Shown piece by piece: positions 51,856-62,163 of a stretch of DNA of 64,000 nt (position 1 is its first letter; the number at the start of each line of letters is the position of its first letter). The position numbers and the translations under genes are program-made. The notes below the pieces were generated by a model. It had not been told where the DNA came from, made no database searches, and saw only the letters and a list, made by a program, of their open reading frames with translations. The DNA lies in contig JBHADP010000034.1 in assembly GCA_041855125.1 (NCBI GenBank), positions 8,724 through 72,723 on the forward strand. The letters run 5' to 3'. This stretch comes from Neisseria sp. (GTDB lineage Bacteria; Pseudomonadota; Gammaproteobacteria; Burkholderiales; Neisseriaceae).

Positions 51856-51971
51856 GTGGTTCAACTTTTTTCAGGGTGTCCTCCTATCGCCCTGAACGGC
51901 TGCCCGAGTGTTTTTATCTCCTTTCTTACTTTGGGCAGCCACCCTTTATCACTACAATGGAGAGAGCAATC

Positions 51972-52550
51972 ATGAGCAAGAAAATTTTGTTGTTGGCTGG
52001 CGATTATGCCGAAGATTATGAAACCATGGTGCCGTTTCAATTTTTATTGGGTTTGGGCTATGAAGTGCATGCGGTTTGCCCCAATAAAAAAGCAGGCGAG
52101 ACAGTTGCGACGGCTGTGCATGATTTTGAGGGTGAGCAAACGTATAGCGAGAAACGTGGGCATAATTTTGCGTTGAATTATGATTTTGACGCGGTAAACA
52201 CGGCTGATTATGTGGGCTTGGTGATTCCAGGGGGACGTGCGCCTGAGTATTTGCGTTTGAATCCGCGTGTGATTGAAGTGGTGCAAGAGTTTGATGCAGC
52301 GAAAAAGCCGATTGCGGCAGTGTGTCATGGCGCACAATTATTGTCGGCGGCAAATGTGTTGCGCGATAAACGTTGTTCGGCTTATCCTGCTTGCGCGCCT
52401 GATGTGCGTGCGGCAGGCGGTGAATATGCGGATATTGCGGTAACGGAAGCGATTACTGATGGTCATTTGGTAACGGCTCCTGCTTGGCCGGCTCATCCTG
52501 CATGGTTGAGTCAATTTGTGAAGCTGTTGGGCGCAGAAATTAAGATTTAG
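51972..52550 (+). CDS. DJ-1/PfpI family protein
   Basis: [17 protein letters not shown]; GGAG RBS before MSKKILL. Confidence 0.92.
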   Translation: MSKKILLLAGDYAEDYETMVPFQFLLGLGYEVHAVCPNKKAGETVATAVHDFEGEQTYSEKRGHNFALNYDFDAVNTADYVGLVIPGGRAPEYLRLNPRVIEVVQEFDAAKKPIAAVCHGAQLLSAANVLRDKRCSAYPACAPDVRAAGGEYADIAVTEAITDGHLVTAPAWPAHPAWLSQFVKLLGAEIKI

Positions 52551-52952
52551 GCAGTGGTTTGAAGGTATGGCGGGTGGAATACTCGCCTTCTGTTGTTTGT
52601 TGGCAGGAAATGATGTTGGATAATGGCGCAACGCGGGTAAAGTGAAGCAAAATGGCAAGCAGTGTTCGCAACTTGGCACATGCTTCATGCAGCCATGAGC
52701 CAACATGATATGGATTGTGAATAAAGGGAAGATAAATCCGCGTAGCTGATGAAACCGCTTGATTTTGAGTGAGTTTGCGCGGTGGTGGTATTGTTTATTG
52801 TTATAAATAATCAAGCGGTGCAAGCGTATCGGTATTAAATAGAAGAATAGGATTTTGAGCCATCTTGTGGGAAACAAGATGATGTTTTTTAAAACGCCAA
52901 TAGGTTTGTTGGCATAATATGATAGGTCTTTTTTGACAACTGGAGTGAAACC

Positions 52953-53336
52953 ATGAGCAATATTCCTGCTGATTTGAAATATGTTGCCAGCCATGAGTGG
53001 TTGCGTTTGGAAGCCGATGGCACGGTAACGGTGGGTATTACGGAACACGCGCAAGAATTGTTGGGCGACATTGTGTTTGTGGAGCTGCCTGAAGTGGGCG
53101 CGAATTTGGCTGCGGAAGAGCAAGCGGGTGTGGTGGAGTCGGTAAAAGCGGCTTCTGATGTGTACGCGCCGATTGCGGGTGAGGTGGTAGAAATCAATCA
53201 AGCCTTGGTGGATGCGCCTGAAACAGCTAATAGTGAGCCTTATGGTGCAGGTTGGTTCTTTAAAGTGAAACCTGCGAATCCTGCTGATTTAGATGGTTTG
53301 TTAAGCGCGGAACAATACGCGGCTGAAATCGAGTAA
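52953..53336 (+). CDS. gcvH: Glycine cleavage system H protein
   Basis: [23 protein letters not shown] lipoyl-Lys. Confidence 0.96.
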   Translation: MSNIPADLKYVASHEWLRLEADGTVTVGITEHAQELLGDIVFVELPEVGANLAAEEQAGVVESVKAASDVYAPIAGEVVEINQALVDAPETANSEPYGAGWFFKVKPANPADLDGLLSAEQYAAEIE

Positions 53337-53349
53337 GATGACAGATAAG

Positions 53350-53382
53350 AAAACCGCTTGGACGATGGTTCAGGCGGTTTTT
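53350..53382 (+). terminator. gcvH terminator
   Basis: AAAACCGC/GCGGTTTTT. Confidence 0.7.
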
Positions 53383-53475
53383 GTGTTGGGGACAAGATAA
53401 ATTGCTTGGTGTGTTGTCTTGCTGGGGAAGCGTGATGTTGTTATAACAGACGGTTGTTGAAATAAAACGGGAGCG

Positions 53476-54168
53476 ATGATGAAAACGTTAGGCATGATAG
53501 GGGGCATGAGTCCTGAAAGTACGGTGTTGTATTATCAAATCATTAATCGGGAAGTGAATCGGCGTTTGGGGGGTAACAACAGCGCCAATATCGTGATGCA
53601 CAGTGTGAATTTTGCGGAAATCGCGGCGTTGCAAGCACAAGGAAATTGGCAACAAGCGGGTGTGTTGTTGGCAGATAGTGCGCAAAAGTTGGCGCAAATG
53701 GGGGCGGAAGGTTTGGTGTTGGCAACCAATACCATGCACAAGGTTGCCGATGTGATTCAAGCAGCCGTGGCAATTCCATTATTGCATGTGGTTGATGCAA
53801 CGGCAGCCGCGATTCACGCGCAAGGTTTGGATAAAGTGGGTTTGTTGGGTACGCGCTTTACCATGAGCGATGGTTTTTATACGCAGCGTATGCGTGAACT
53901 CGGCATTACTACGGTGTTGCCTAATGAGGCGCAACGAGCTGAGATTCATCGGGTGATTTTTGAAGAATTGTGTTGTAATCGTTTCACGGATACTGCTAAG
54001 CGGTATTATCAGCAAGTGGTGGGGGATTTGCAGGCACAAGGCGCACAGGGTGTGATTTTGGGTTGTACGGAAATCGGTTTATTATTGCAGGCACAAGATT
54101 GTGTGTTGCCTGTGTGGGATAGTGCGGTCATTCATGCGTTGGCTGCGGTGGAATGGATTTTAGGTTAG
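53476..54168 (+). CDS. Aspartate/glutamate racemase family protein (YgeA-like)
   Basis: GMIGGMSPEST, ATNTMH, LGCTEI. Confidence 0.88.
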   Translation: MMKTLGMIGGMSPESTVLYYQIINREVNRRLGGNNSANIVMHSVNFAEIAALQAQGNWQQAGVLLADSAQKLAQMGAEGLVLATNTMHKVADVIQAAVAIPLLHVVDATAAAIHAQGLDKVGLLGTRFTMSDGFYTQRMRELGITTVLPNEAQRAEIHRVIFEELCCNRFTDTAKRYYQQVVGDLQAQGAQGVILGCTEIGLLLQAQDCVLPVWDSAVIHALAAVEWILG

Positions 54169-54177
54169 ATAAACGAG

Positions 54178-55551
54178 ATGTTGTTGGATATAAATCGCTA
54201 TTCATGGTCGGTGTTTCGACATGAAAGTAAGCAGTTGGTGGCTTTGGCATTACCGATGATGTTGGCGCAAATCGCGGCAGTAGGTGTGGGCTTTGTGGAT
54301 ACGGTGATGGCAGGGGCAGCAGGTAAAGATGAATTGGCGGCAGTGGCGTTGGGCAGCGCGGCATTTTCTACCTTATACATCACTTGGCTGGGGGTGATGA
54401 CGGCACTGAATCCGATGATTTCGCAGTTATGGGGTGCGGGTAAAACGGCAGAAGTGGGCGAAACAGGGCGACAAGGGCTGTGGTTTGGTTTGCTATTGGG
54501 CATGGTGGGTATGCTGTTGTTGTTGGCAATGGTGAAGCCGTTTATGTGGTATTTGGATTTGCCTGATAAGGTGGAGTATTCATTAGCTTTGTATTTGATT
54601 TTTGCCGCTTTAGCCATGCCTGCTGCGATGTTGCATCGGGGCTTGCATGCGTATGCTGCCAGTTTGAATCGTCCTAAACCGATTATGTGGGTCAGTTGGG
54701 CGGCTTTGTTGTTGAATATTCCATTGAATTATGTGTTTGTGTATGGCAAATTGGGGATGCCTGCTTTGGGCGGTGCAGGATGTGGTTTGGCAACGATGTT
54801 GGTGTTTTGGTTTAACGCGGCGGCTTTATGGTGGTATATTAAAAAGCAACCTTATTTCAAACCATTTGGCTTGAATGAGGGTTTTTCTTTGCCTGATTGG
54901 GCGTTGATGAAGCATATTTGGAAACTGGGTTGGCCGATTGGCTTTTCGTTTTTTTTAGAAGTGAGCCTGTTTTCTTTTATTGTGTTTTTGATTGCGAAAT
55001 TTGGTGCCGACCATGTGGCAGCGCAGCAAGTGGTGATTAGTTTAACCAGTTTGATTTATATGATACCGCAAGCGGTGGGCGCAGCAGCAACGGTGCGGGT
55101 GGGCTATGCCTTGGGCAAAGGGCAAAAGCAACGGGCGCGTTATTTGGCAGGGGTGTCGGTGGTGATGGGCTTGTTATTGGGCTTATTCACGATGGGTGCG
55201 TTAATCTTGTTACGCGAACCGTTGGCGCGTATTTATACCGATGATATGGGGGTATTGGCGTTGGCTGCCAGTGTGTTGCTGTTTGCAGCCGTGTTCCAAT
55301 TATTTGATTTTACGCAATGTATTGCTTCTTATGCTTTGCGTGGTTATAAAGTAACCAAAGCGCCTATGGTGATACACGGTATTGCATTTTGGGGCTTGGG
55401 CTTATTGCCAGGGTATTTATTAGCCAATCAAGGTGAAATGGGCATTTATGGTTTTTGGACGGCGTTGATTGTATCGTTAGCGGTGGCGGCAGTTGGGCTG
55501 ATTTGGTTTTTGGAGCAACACAGTATGCGCGTGGCGCAAGGTAGGCATTAA
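54178..55551 (+). CDS. norM: MATE family efflux transporter
   Basis: FVDTVMAG, about 12 TM helices, RVG motif. Confidence 0.88.
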   Translation: MLLDINRYSWSVFRHESKQLVALALPMMLAQIAAVGVGFVDTVMAGAAGKDELAAVALGSAAFSTLYITWLGVMTALNPMISQLWGAGKTAEVGETGRQGLWFGLLLGMVGMLLLLAMVKPFMWYLDLPDKVEYSLALYLIFAALAMPAAMLHRGLHAYAASLNRPKPIMWVSWAALLLNIPLNYVFVYGKLGMPALGGAGCGLATMLVFWFNAAALWWYIKKQPYFKPFGLNEGFSLPDWALMKHIWKLGWPIGFSFFLEVSLFSFIVFLIAKFGADHVAAQQVVISLTSLIYMIPQAVGAAATVRVGYALGKGQKQRARYLAGVSVVMGLLLGLFTMGALILLREPLARIYTDDMGVLALAASVLLFAAVFQLFDFTQCIASYALRGYKVTKAPMVIHGIAFWGLGLLPGYLLANQGEMGIYGFWTALIVSLAVAAVGLIWFLEQHSMRVAQGRH

Positions 55552-56570
55552 TGGAATTACAACACAATGTAGATTTAAGCACGCTCAACACGTTTGGTTT
55601 GCCTGCGCGGGCGCGTGATTTTATTGAGTTAAACGATGCAGCGGATTTGCCTGCTTTGTGTCAAATGGCGGGTTTTGACCGTAAAACGGTGTTGTGGCTG
55701 GGCGGTGGAAGCAATGTGTTATTTCGGGGCGACTACGATGGCTTGGTGGTTAAAATGGCTAATCGAGGGGTGCGCGAGTTAAAACGTGAAAACGGTAAAG
55801 TGTGGTTGCAAGCGCAAGCAGGCGAAGTGTGGCACGATTTTGTGTTGCACACTTTAGATTTGGGTTTAAATGGCTTGGAAAATTTGAGCCTTATCCCCGG
55901 TACTGTGGGCGCATCGCCTGTGCAAAACATCGGTGCTTATGGGGTAGAAGTGAAAGAATTGATTGATTCCGTGAGCTGTTTTGATTTGGAGCAACAGGCG
56001 TTTGTGGAATTGAGCAATGCGGAATGTGAATTTGCTTATCGTGAAAGCCTGTTTAAACAAGCGGGTAAAGGGCGTTATGTGATTGTGGCGGTAACGTTTG
56101 TGTTGTCTGAGCAATTTACTGTGCAAGCACGTTATGGCGACTTGGCGGCGGTTTTGGCAGAAAATTGTGGTAATCGTGCCATTACAGCGCGTGATGTTTC
56201 ACAAGCGGTTTGTCAAATTCGTGCCAGTAAGTTACCCGACCCCAAAGTGTTAGGAAATGTAGGGAGTTTTTTTAAGAATCCTGTGGTATCGGTAAAATTG
56301 GCGCAAAGTTTATTGACCAATTATCCTAATATGCCGCATTATCCGCAACCCGATGGCAGCGTAAAATTAGCAGCAGGCTGGCTCATCGACCAATGTGGTT
56401 TAAAAGCGTATCGTATGGGGCAAGCAGCCGTACATGATAAACAAGCATTGGTGTTGGTTAATTTGGGTGGGGCGTGTGCAGCAGAAGTGGCAGCGTTGGC
56501 TGCTAAGATTCAAGACACGGTGCAGCAACGCTTTAATGTAACGTTAAGCCCCGAACCCAGTTGGTTGTAA
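55551..56570 (+). CDS. murB: UDP-N-acetylmuramate dehydrogenase
   Basis: GGGSNV, GLENLSLIPG, QNIGAYG, GSFFKNP. Confidence 0.95.
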   Translation: MELQHNVDLSTLNTFGLPARARDFIELNDAADLPALCQMAGFDRKTVLWLGGGSNVLFRGDYDGLVVKMANRGVRELKRENGKVWLQAQAGEVWHDFVLHTLDLGLNGLENLSLIPGTVGASPVQNIGAYGVEVKELIDSVSCFDLEQQAFVELSNAECEFAYRESLFKQAGKGRYVIVAVTFVLSEQFTVQARYGDLAAVLAENCGNRAITARDVSQAVCQIRASKLPDPKVLGNVGSFFKNPVVSVKLAQSLLTNYPNMPHYPQPDGSVKLAAGWLIDQCGLKAYRMGQAAVHDKQALVLVNLGGACAAEVAALAAKIQDTVQQRFNVTLSPEPSWL

Positions 56571-56586
56571 ACAGAATTGAGGAGAC

Positions 56587-57240
56587 GTGATGGCACGGCA
56601 AAATACATACACACGGATTATTGAAGCAGGCTTGCTGCTATTTAATGAAGAAGGTGAACGCAATATCAGCACCAACCATATTGCAGCCCATTTAGGCATC
56701 AGCCCCGGTAATTTGTATTACCATTTTCGCAATAAAGATGAAATCATTGTGCAACTGTATCGCCAATATGGTGAACGCATGGTGAAATGCTTACAAGAAG
56801 CTGAGGCGGCACACAATATTCATGATATGGCAAACTATTTCAGCCATATTTTTGATGTGATGTGGGACTACCGCTTTTTATTTAGCGGCGTGAATACCTT
56901 ATTGGCGCGCAGCGAAGAATTGGTGGGGGAACACAATGAATTTACCCAAGCCAAACTCTCGCCGCTCACACTCAAAATCATGTTGCAATTAATGGAAGCA
57001 GGCATTTTAAAAGGCAGCCAACAAGATATGCACGATTTGTGTTTGAATATTTGGTTGGTAACACGCTATTGGTTTGACTTTGATGCTGCCATGCGCGGAC
57101 AAGGCAAGCTGTTGCCCGATTCTAAAAAACTGGGTGTGTTACGCAATTTTAGCTTGATTCGACCTTATGTGGCAGAAGCCCATTTGGCAGAATTTAACGA
57201 AGTGATTGCCCGTTTGCAAACTGAAAAAGTAGCAAAATAA
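56587..57240 (+). CDS. TetR/AcrR family regulator
   Basis: STNHIAAHLGISPGNLYYHFRNK HTH. Confidence 0.9.
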   Translation: MMARQNTYTRIIEAGLLLFNEEGERNISTNHIAAHLGISPGNLYYHFRNKDEIIVQLYRQYGERMVKCLQEAEAAHNIHDMANYFSHIFDVMWDYRFLFSGVNTLLARSEELVGEHNEFTQAKLSPLTLKIMLQLMEAGILKGSQQDMHDLCLNIWLVTRYWFDFDAAMRGQGKLLPDSKKLGVLRNFSLIRPYVAEAHLAEFNEVIARLQTEKVAK

Positions 57241-57285
57241 ATCATATTAAAACATCACTTGTAACAAATAGTTAAATCTTACAAC

Positions 57286-57317
57286 AAGCCTAACGGAAGG
57301 ATACAACCGTTAGGCTT
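57286..57317 (+). terminator. Inverted repeat after tetR
   Basis: AAGCCTAACGG/CCGTTAGGCTT. Confidence 0.6.
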
Positions 57318-57463
57318 AATTATTAAGAACTAGCCGAAAGTGTTAATCGTGTTAAGAAACGTATATAATGGCTTTATTGCTTGATTTAACCAAGCATAAT
57401 CGTGATAAAACAGCCATGTTTACCAACAAAATGGCACATAATAAATAACGCAGGAATACCACC

Positions 57464-60400
57464 ATGAATGTAACACGACGCCAGTTTTTTAAAATTACGG
57501 CGGCAGGCGCGGGTGCGTCTGGCTTGGCTGTAATGGGCATGATGCCAACCCAAGCGTTTGCTGAAGTGCGTCAGTACAAACTATCACGGGCTTCAGAGGC
57601 GCGTAATAACTGTACTTATTGTTCCGTAGGCTGCGGCACCTTGCTGTATAGCTTGGGCGATGGCGCAAAAAACGCTAAAAAGAAAATTTTTCATATCGAA
57701 GGCGACCCCGACCATCCTGTGAGTCGTGGTTCATTATGCCCCAAAGGTGCATCGCTGATTGATTTTGTTAACAGCGAAAACCGCTTGCATTATCCCGAAG
57801 TACGCGAAGCAGGCAGCAATGAATGGAAACGCATTTCATGGCACGATGCGCTCACTCGCATTGCCAAACACATCAAAGCCGACCGCGATGCCAATTTAAT
57901 TGTGAAAAACGAACAAGGTGTGCCTGTACACCGTTTGCCCACCTTAGGCATGCTCACCGCTTCGGCAGCTTCCAATGAAACCGGTATTCTGACGCAAAAA
58001 TGGATGCGTGCTTTAGGCATTGTGGCAACCGATGCTCAAGCGCGGGTGTGTCATGGTCCAACCGTATCGGCATTGGCATCGACTTTTGGTCGTGGTGCGA
58101 TGACCAACACCTTTATGGACATTCAACACGCTGATTTTATTATGGTGATGGGCGGTAATGCTGCCGAAGCCCACCCCGTTGGTTTCAAATGGGTGATTGA
58201 AGCGAAAAAGAAAAAAGGCACCAAATTATTTGTGGTAGACCCTCGCTTTAACCGCACCGCCGCCGTTGCTGATTTTTATGCGCCTGTACGCTCGGGCAGC
58301 GATATTGCCTTTTTAGGTGCATTAATCAACTGGTTGATTGAAAACAATAAAATCCAATGGGAATACGTTAAAGCCTATACCAATGCCAGCTTTATCGTGG
58401 CAGAAGGTTTCAACTTTGACGAAGGCATGTTTAGCGGTTATGCAGCCGATAAGAAAAAATACGACAATACCACATGGTATTACGAATTAGACGAAAACGG
58501 CTATGCCAAAACCGACCCCACATTAGAACATCCGCGTAGCGTGTGGCAAATGCTGAAAAAACACTATTCACGCTACACCTTGGATATGATGAACACCATC
58601 TGTGGTACCCCCAAAGAAGACTTCCTAAAAGTTGCCGAGGCGTGGGGTGAGATGGCAGCGCCCAATAAAGCAGGCACCATTTTGTATGCCTTAGGCTGGA
58701 CGCAACACACCTATGGCAGCCAAATCATTCGCACTATGGCAATGGTGCAACTCTTGCTAGGTAATATCGGTATGGCAGGTGGGGGCGTGAACGCCTTGCG
58801 CGGACACTCCAACATTCAAGGCTTATCCGATTTAGGCTTATTATCAACCCAATTACCGGGTTATTTAGCCTTGCCAAATGAATTTAACCATCCCACTTTT
58901 GCCGACTATATCAGCAAGCAAACCCCCAAACCCTTACAACCTAACCAATTAAACTATTGGAGCAACACCCCTGCGTTCTTCGTGAGCTTCCTCAAATGGA
59001 TGTATGGCGAAAACGCAACTGCTGAAAACAACTGGGGTTACGACTGGTTGCCCAAATGGGACAAAATGTATGACATTTTGCAACTGGTTGAATTAATGTA
59101 TCAAGGCAAAGTCAATGGCTTATTGGTACAAGGCTTTAACGCACAAGGCTCATTCCCTGATGCTCATCGCGTAACCGAAGCCTTCTCAAAATTAAAATAC
59201 ATGGTGGTGATGGACCCCATCAAAACCGAAACCGCGTCTTTCTGGGAAAACCATGGCGAAGCGCATGATGTTGACCCATCCAAGATTCAAACCGAAGTGT
59301 TCCGTTTGCCCACACCTTGTTTTGCCGAAGAAGCAGGCTCAATCGTGAACTCCTCACGTTGGTTACAATGGCACCACCCTGGTGCAGAACCTCCGGGTGA
59401 AGCCTTGCCCGACTTAGATATCTTGGGTGAACTCTATCTCATATTGAAAGACATGTATGAAAAAGAAGGGGGCACCGCACCCGAACCCATTACCAAATTG
59501 GCTTGGCACTACGCCAAACCACACGCCCCTGCGCCTGAAGAAATGGCAAAAGAATCTAATGGTCGTGCGTTAGCCGATATTAAAGATGCAGATGGCAACG
59601 TGATTCGCAAAAAAGGCGAATTGCTCGATGGTTTCCACCAGTTGCGTGATGATGGCACAACCGAATGTGCGACATGGATTTTCTCGGGTTCATGGACACA
59701 AGCGGGCAACCAAATGGACAGACGCGATAACACCGATAGCGGCTTAGGCAATACCCCTAAATGGGCTTGGGCTTGGCCTGCCAACCGCCGCATTCTGTAT
59801 AACCGCGCTTCTTGCGACCCAAGCGGCAAACCATGGGATGCGAATCGCACCTTAATCAAATGGAATGGCGAAAAATGGGTAGGGGCAGATGTGCCCGACT
59901 TTAAAGCCGATGCCGCTCCTGATTCAGGTATGAATCCCTTTATCATGAACGAAGAAGGCGTAGGGCGTTTATTCTGCCAACGTAAATTGGTTGATGGGCC
60001 TTTCCCCGAACACTATGAACCGCTGGAATCGCCCATTGGCACCAATCCTTTGCATCCCAAAGTGGTGCAAACGCCTGCGATGCGCTTATTCGATAGCGTG
60101 AAAGACCGTATCGGCACGCATGAAGAATTCCCTTATGTAGGCACAACTTACCGCCTCACCGAGCATTTCCAATTCTGGACGAAATCAGTCAAATTACTGA
60201 TGATTGCCCAGCCTGAACAATTCATTGAAATCAGCGAAGAATTGGCAAAAGAAAAAGGCATTCAAAAAGGCGATTGGGTAAAAGTCAGCTCGAAGCGTGC
60301 ATGGATTAAAGCGCGCGCGGTGGTAACGAAGCGCGTGGTTCCGCTTGTCATCAATGGCAAAACCGTGCATCAAGTGGGTATTCCTTTGCATGGCGGTTGG

Positions 60401-60517
60401 GAAAATGTGTCAGGGCAAAAACAGTTTTTGGTGAATAGCTTAACCCCATTTGTGGGCGACTGTAACACGCAAACCCCTGAATACAAAACCTTCTTAGTGA
60501 ATATTGAGAAAGCATAA
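57464..60517 (+). CDS. fdnG: Formate dehydrogenase-N alpha subunit (Cys form)
   Basis: Tat RRQFFK; CTYCSVGC...C; ARVCHG (TGT at codon 196). Confidence 0.95.
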   Translation: MNVTRRQFFKITAAGAGASGLAVMGMMPTQAFAEVRQYKLSRASEARNNCTYCSVGCGTLLYSLGDGAKNAKKKIFHIEGDPDHPVSRGSLCPKGASLIDFVNSENRLHYPEVREAGSNEWKRISWHDALTRIAKHIKADRDANLIVKNEQGVPVHRLPTLGMLTASAASNETGILTQKWMRALGIVATDAQARVCHGPTVSALASTFGRGAMTNTFMDIQHADFIMVMGGNAAEAHPVGFKWVIEAKKKKGTKLFVVDPRFNRTAAVADFYAPVRSGSDIAFLGALINWLIENNKIQWEYVKAYTNASFIVAEGFNFDEGMFSGYAADKKKYDNTTWYYELDENGYAKTDPTLEHPRSVWQMLKKHYSRYTLDMMNTICGTPKEDFLKVAEAWGEMAAPNKAGTILYALGWTQHTYGSQIIRTMAMVQLLLGNIGMAGGGVNALRGHSNIQGLSDLGLLSTQLPGYLALPNEFNHPTFADYISKQTPKPLQPNQLNYWSNTPAFFVSFLKWMYGENATAENNWGYDWLPKWDKMYDILQLVELMYQGKVNGLLVQGFNAQGSFPDAHRVTEAFSKLKYMVVMDPIKTETASFWENHGEAHDVDPSKIQTEVFRLPTPCFAEEAGSIVNSSRWLQWHHPGAEPPGEALPDLDILGELYLILKDMYEKEGGTAPEPITKLAWHYAKPHAPAPEEMAKESNGRALADIKDADGNVIRKKGELLDGFHQLRDDGTTECATWIFSGSWTQAGNQMDRRDNTDSGLGNTPKWAWAWPANRRILYNRASCDPSGKPWDANRTLIKWNGEKWVGADVPDFKADAAPDSGMNPFIMNEEGVGRLFCQRKLVDGPFPEHYEPLESPIGTNPLHPKVVQTPAMRLFDSVKDRIGTHEEFPYVGTTYRLTEHFQFWTKSVKLLMIAQPEQFIEISEELAKEKGIQKGDWVKVSSKRAWIKARAVVTKRVVPLVINGKTVHQVGIPLHGGWENVSGQKQFLVNSLTPFVGDCNTQTPEYKTFLVNIEKA

Positions 60518-60528
60518 GGAGCGGAACA

Positions 60529-61443
60529 ATGGCATTGCAATCATTAGACATTAAACGCCGCTCTGCAACGGCGGATATTACCCCCCCACCGGGTGTACGC
60601 AAACCCATAGAAGTTGCCAAGCTGATAGACGTAACCACTTGTATTGGCTGTAAGGCTTGCCAAGTGGCGTGTTCAGAGTGGAATGATATTCGTGATGAAA
60701 TCGGCATCAATCATGGGGTGTATGATAATCCTATCGACTTAACTGCCAATAGTTGGACGGTGATGCGGTTTGCCGAAACCGATGAGCATGGCAAATTAGA
60801 ATGGCTGATTCGTAAAGACGGCTGTATGCACTGTTCTGACCCCGGTTGTTTAAAAGCCTGTCCTTCGCCAGGGGCAATTATCCAATATCACAATGGGATA
60901 GTGGATTTTCATCAGGAAAACTGTATTGGCTGTGGCTATTGTATTTCGGGTTGTCCGTTCAATATTCCGCGTATCAATAAAAAAGACAATCGGGCGTATA
61001 AATGTACCTTGTGTTCTGACCGCGTGGCGGTGGGACAAGAGCCTGCTTGTGTGAAAACCTGTCCAACAGGCGCGATTCAGTTTGGCGCGAAAGAGGACAT
61101 GAAAGCGGTGGCAGCCGAACGGGTGAAAGATTTAAACAATCGTGGCTATAAAAATGCAGGTTTGTATGACCCTGAAGGTGTGGGCGGTACGCATGTGATG
61201 TATGTGTTACACCATGCCGATAAGCCGAATTTGTATAGCGGTTTGCCAGAAAATCCTGCTATCAGCACGGCAGTGAAGTTGTGGAAAGGTTTCTTAAAGC
61301 CGTTGGCAACCATTGGTATTGCGGCTGCTACGCTCACAGGCTTCTTCCACTATATCACGGTGGGTCCTAGCCGCGCCGAGGAAGAATCGCCCGAGGTGAT
61401 TGGTAAAGATGGTAAAACGCTCAAAGGCGAGGAGGACGCATAA
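60529..61443 (+). CDS. fdnH: Formate dehydrogenase iron-sulfur subunit
   Basis: Four 4Fe-4S motif sets; C-terminal TM helix. Confidence 0.95.
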   Translation: MALQSLDIKRRSATADITPPPGVRKPIEVAKLIDVTTCIGCKACQVACSEWNDIRDEIGINHGVYDNPIDLTANSWTVMRFAETDEHGKLEWLIRKDGCMHCSDPGCLKACPSPGAIIQYHNGIVDFHQENCIGCGYCISGCPFNIPRINKKDNRAYKCTLCSDRVAVGQEPACVKTCPTGAIQFGAKEDMKAVAAERVKDLNNRGYKNAGLYDPEGVGGTHVMYVLHHADKPNLYSGLPENPAISTAVKLWKGFLKPLATIGIAAATLTGFFHYITVGPSRAEEESPEVIGKDGKTLKGEEDA

Positions 61444-62099
61444 TGAGTAAAGAGAAACTGATTCAGCGTTATAAACGCAGTGAGCGCATCAATCACTGGA
61501 TTGTGGCGGTGTGTTTTGTGTTGTTAGCCATTTCGGGCTTGGCATTTTTCTATCCTGCCTTTTTCTGGCTAACTGGCGTGTTTGGTACGCCACAATTAGC
61601 GCGGATTCTGCACCCCTTTATTGGTGTGGTGATGTTTGTGGGCTTCTTTGTGCAGTTTTTCCGTTATTGGAAATACAATTTCTTGGATAAAGAAGACATT
61701 AAATGGATGACATCGGTAAAAAGCGTGTTAAAAGGTCATGGCGTGGGCGACATTGGTAAATACAATGGCGGTCAAAAAGGCATGTTTTGGCTGATGACAG
61801 GCTGTATGATGGTGTTGATGATTACTGGCTTCATCGCATGGCGACCTTATTTTGCTGAAATGTTCCCCATTCCTGTGATTCGTTTGGCATTGTTGTTCCA
61901 TGCGTGGGCGGCTTTGATTTTGATTGCGGGCATTATTGTGCATGTGTATGCCGCTTTCTGGGTGAAAGGTACGATTCGCGCCATGGTGGAAGGGGTGGTA
62001 ACACAAGCATGGGCGAAAAAACACCATCCACGTTGGTATCGTGAGATGATGGCAAAAAATGCCGAAGCCGATAAAGCCGATGGCAAAACTGCTAAATAA
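61443..62099 (+). CDS. fdnI: Formate dehydrogenase cytochrome b556 subunit
   Basis: ERINHW, RILHP, KYNGGQK, HPRW. Confidence 0.94.
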   Translation: MSKEKLIQRYKRSERINHWIVAVCFVLLAISGLAFFYPAFFWLTGVFGTPQLARILHPFIGVVMFVGFFVQFFRYWKYNFLDKEDIKWMTSVKSVLKGHGVGDIGKYNGGQKGMFWLMTGCMMVLMITGFIAWRPYFAEMFPIPVIRLALLFHAWAALILIAGIIVHVYAAFWVKGTIRAMVEGVVTQAWAKKHHPRWYREMMAKNAEADKADGKTAK

Positions 62100-62119
62100 G
62101 ACGCCAACCGCGTAAAATG

Positions 62120-62152
62120 ATGGGCAAAAGTGTAACGCTTTTGCCCATTTTG
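62120..62152 (+). terminator. fdn operon terminator
   Basis: TGGGCAAAAG/CTTTTGCCCA. Confidence 0.65.
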
Positions 62153-62163
62153 TTAGGAAGAAT

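Noticed and set aside
57381-57394. FNR box at the fdn promoter
   Set aside because: Half-site spacing is 3 rather than 4 and the second half-site mismatches
60581-60587. C7 in fdnH (and G7 in ilvD near 5144) as phase-variable tracts
   Set aside because: Both are in frame and encode ordinary Pro/Gly runs; they show 7-mers also arise by chance
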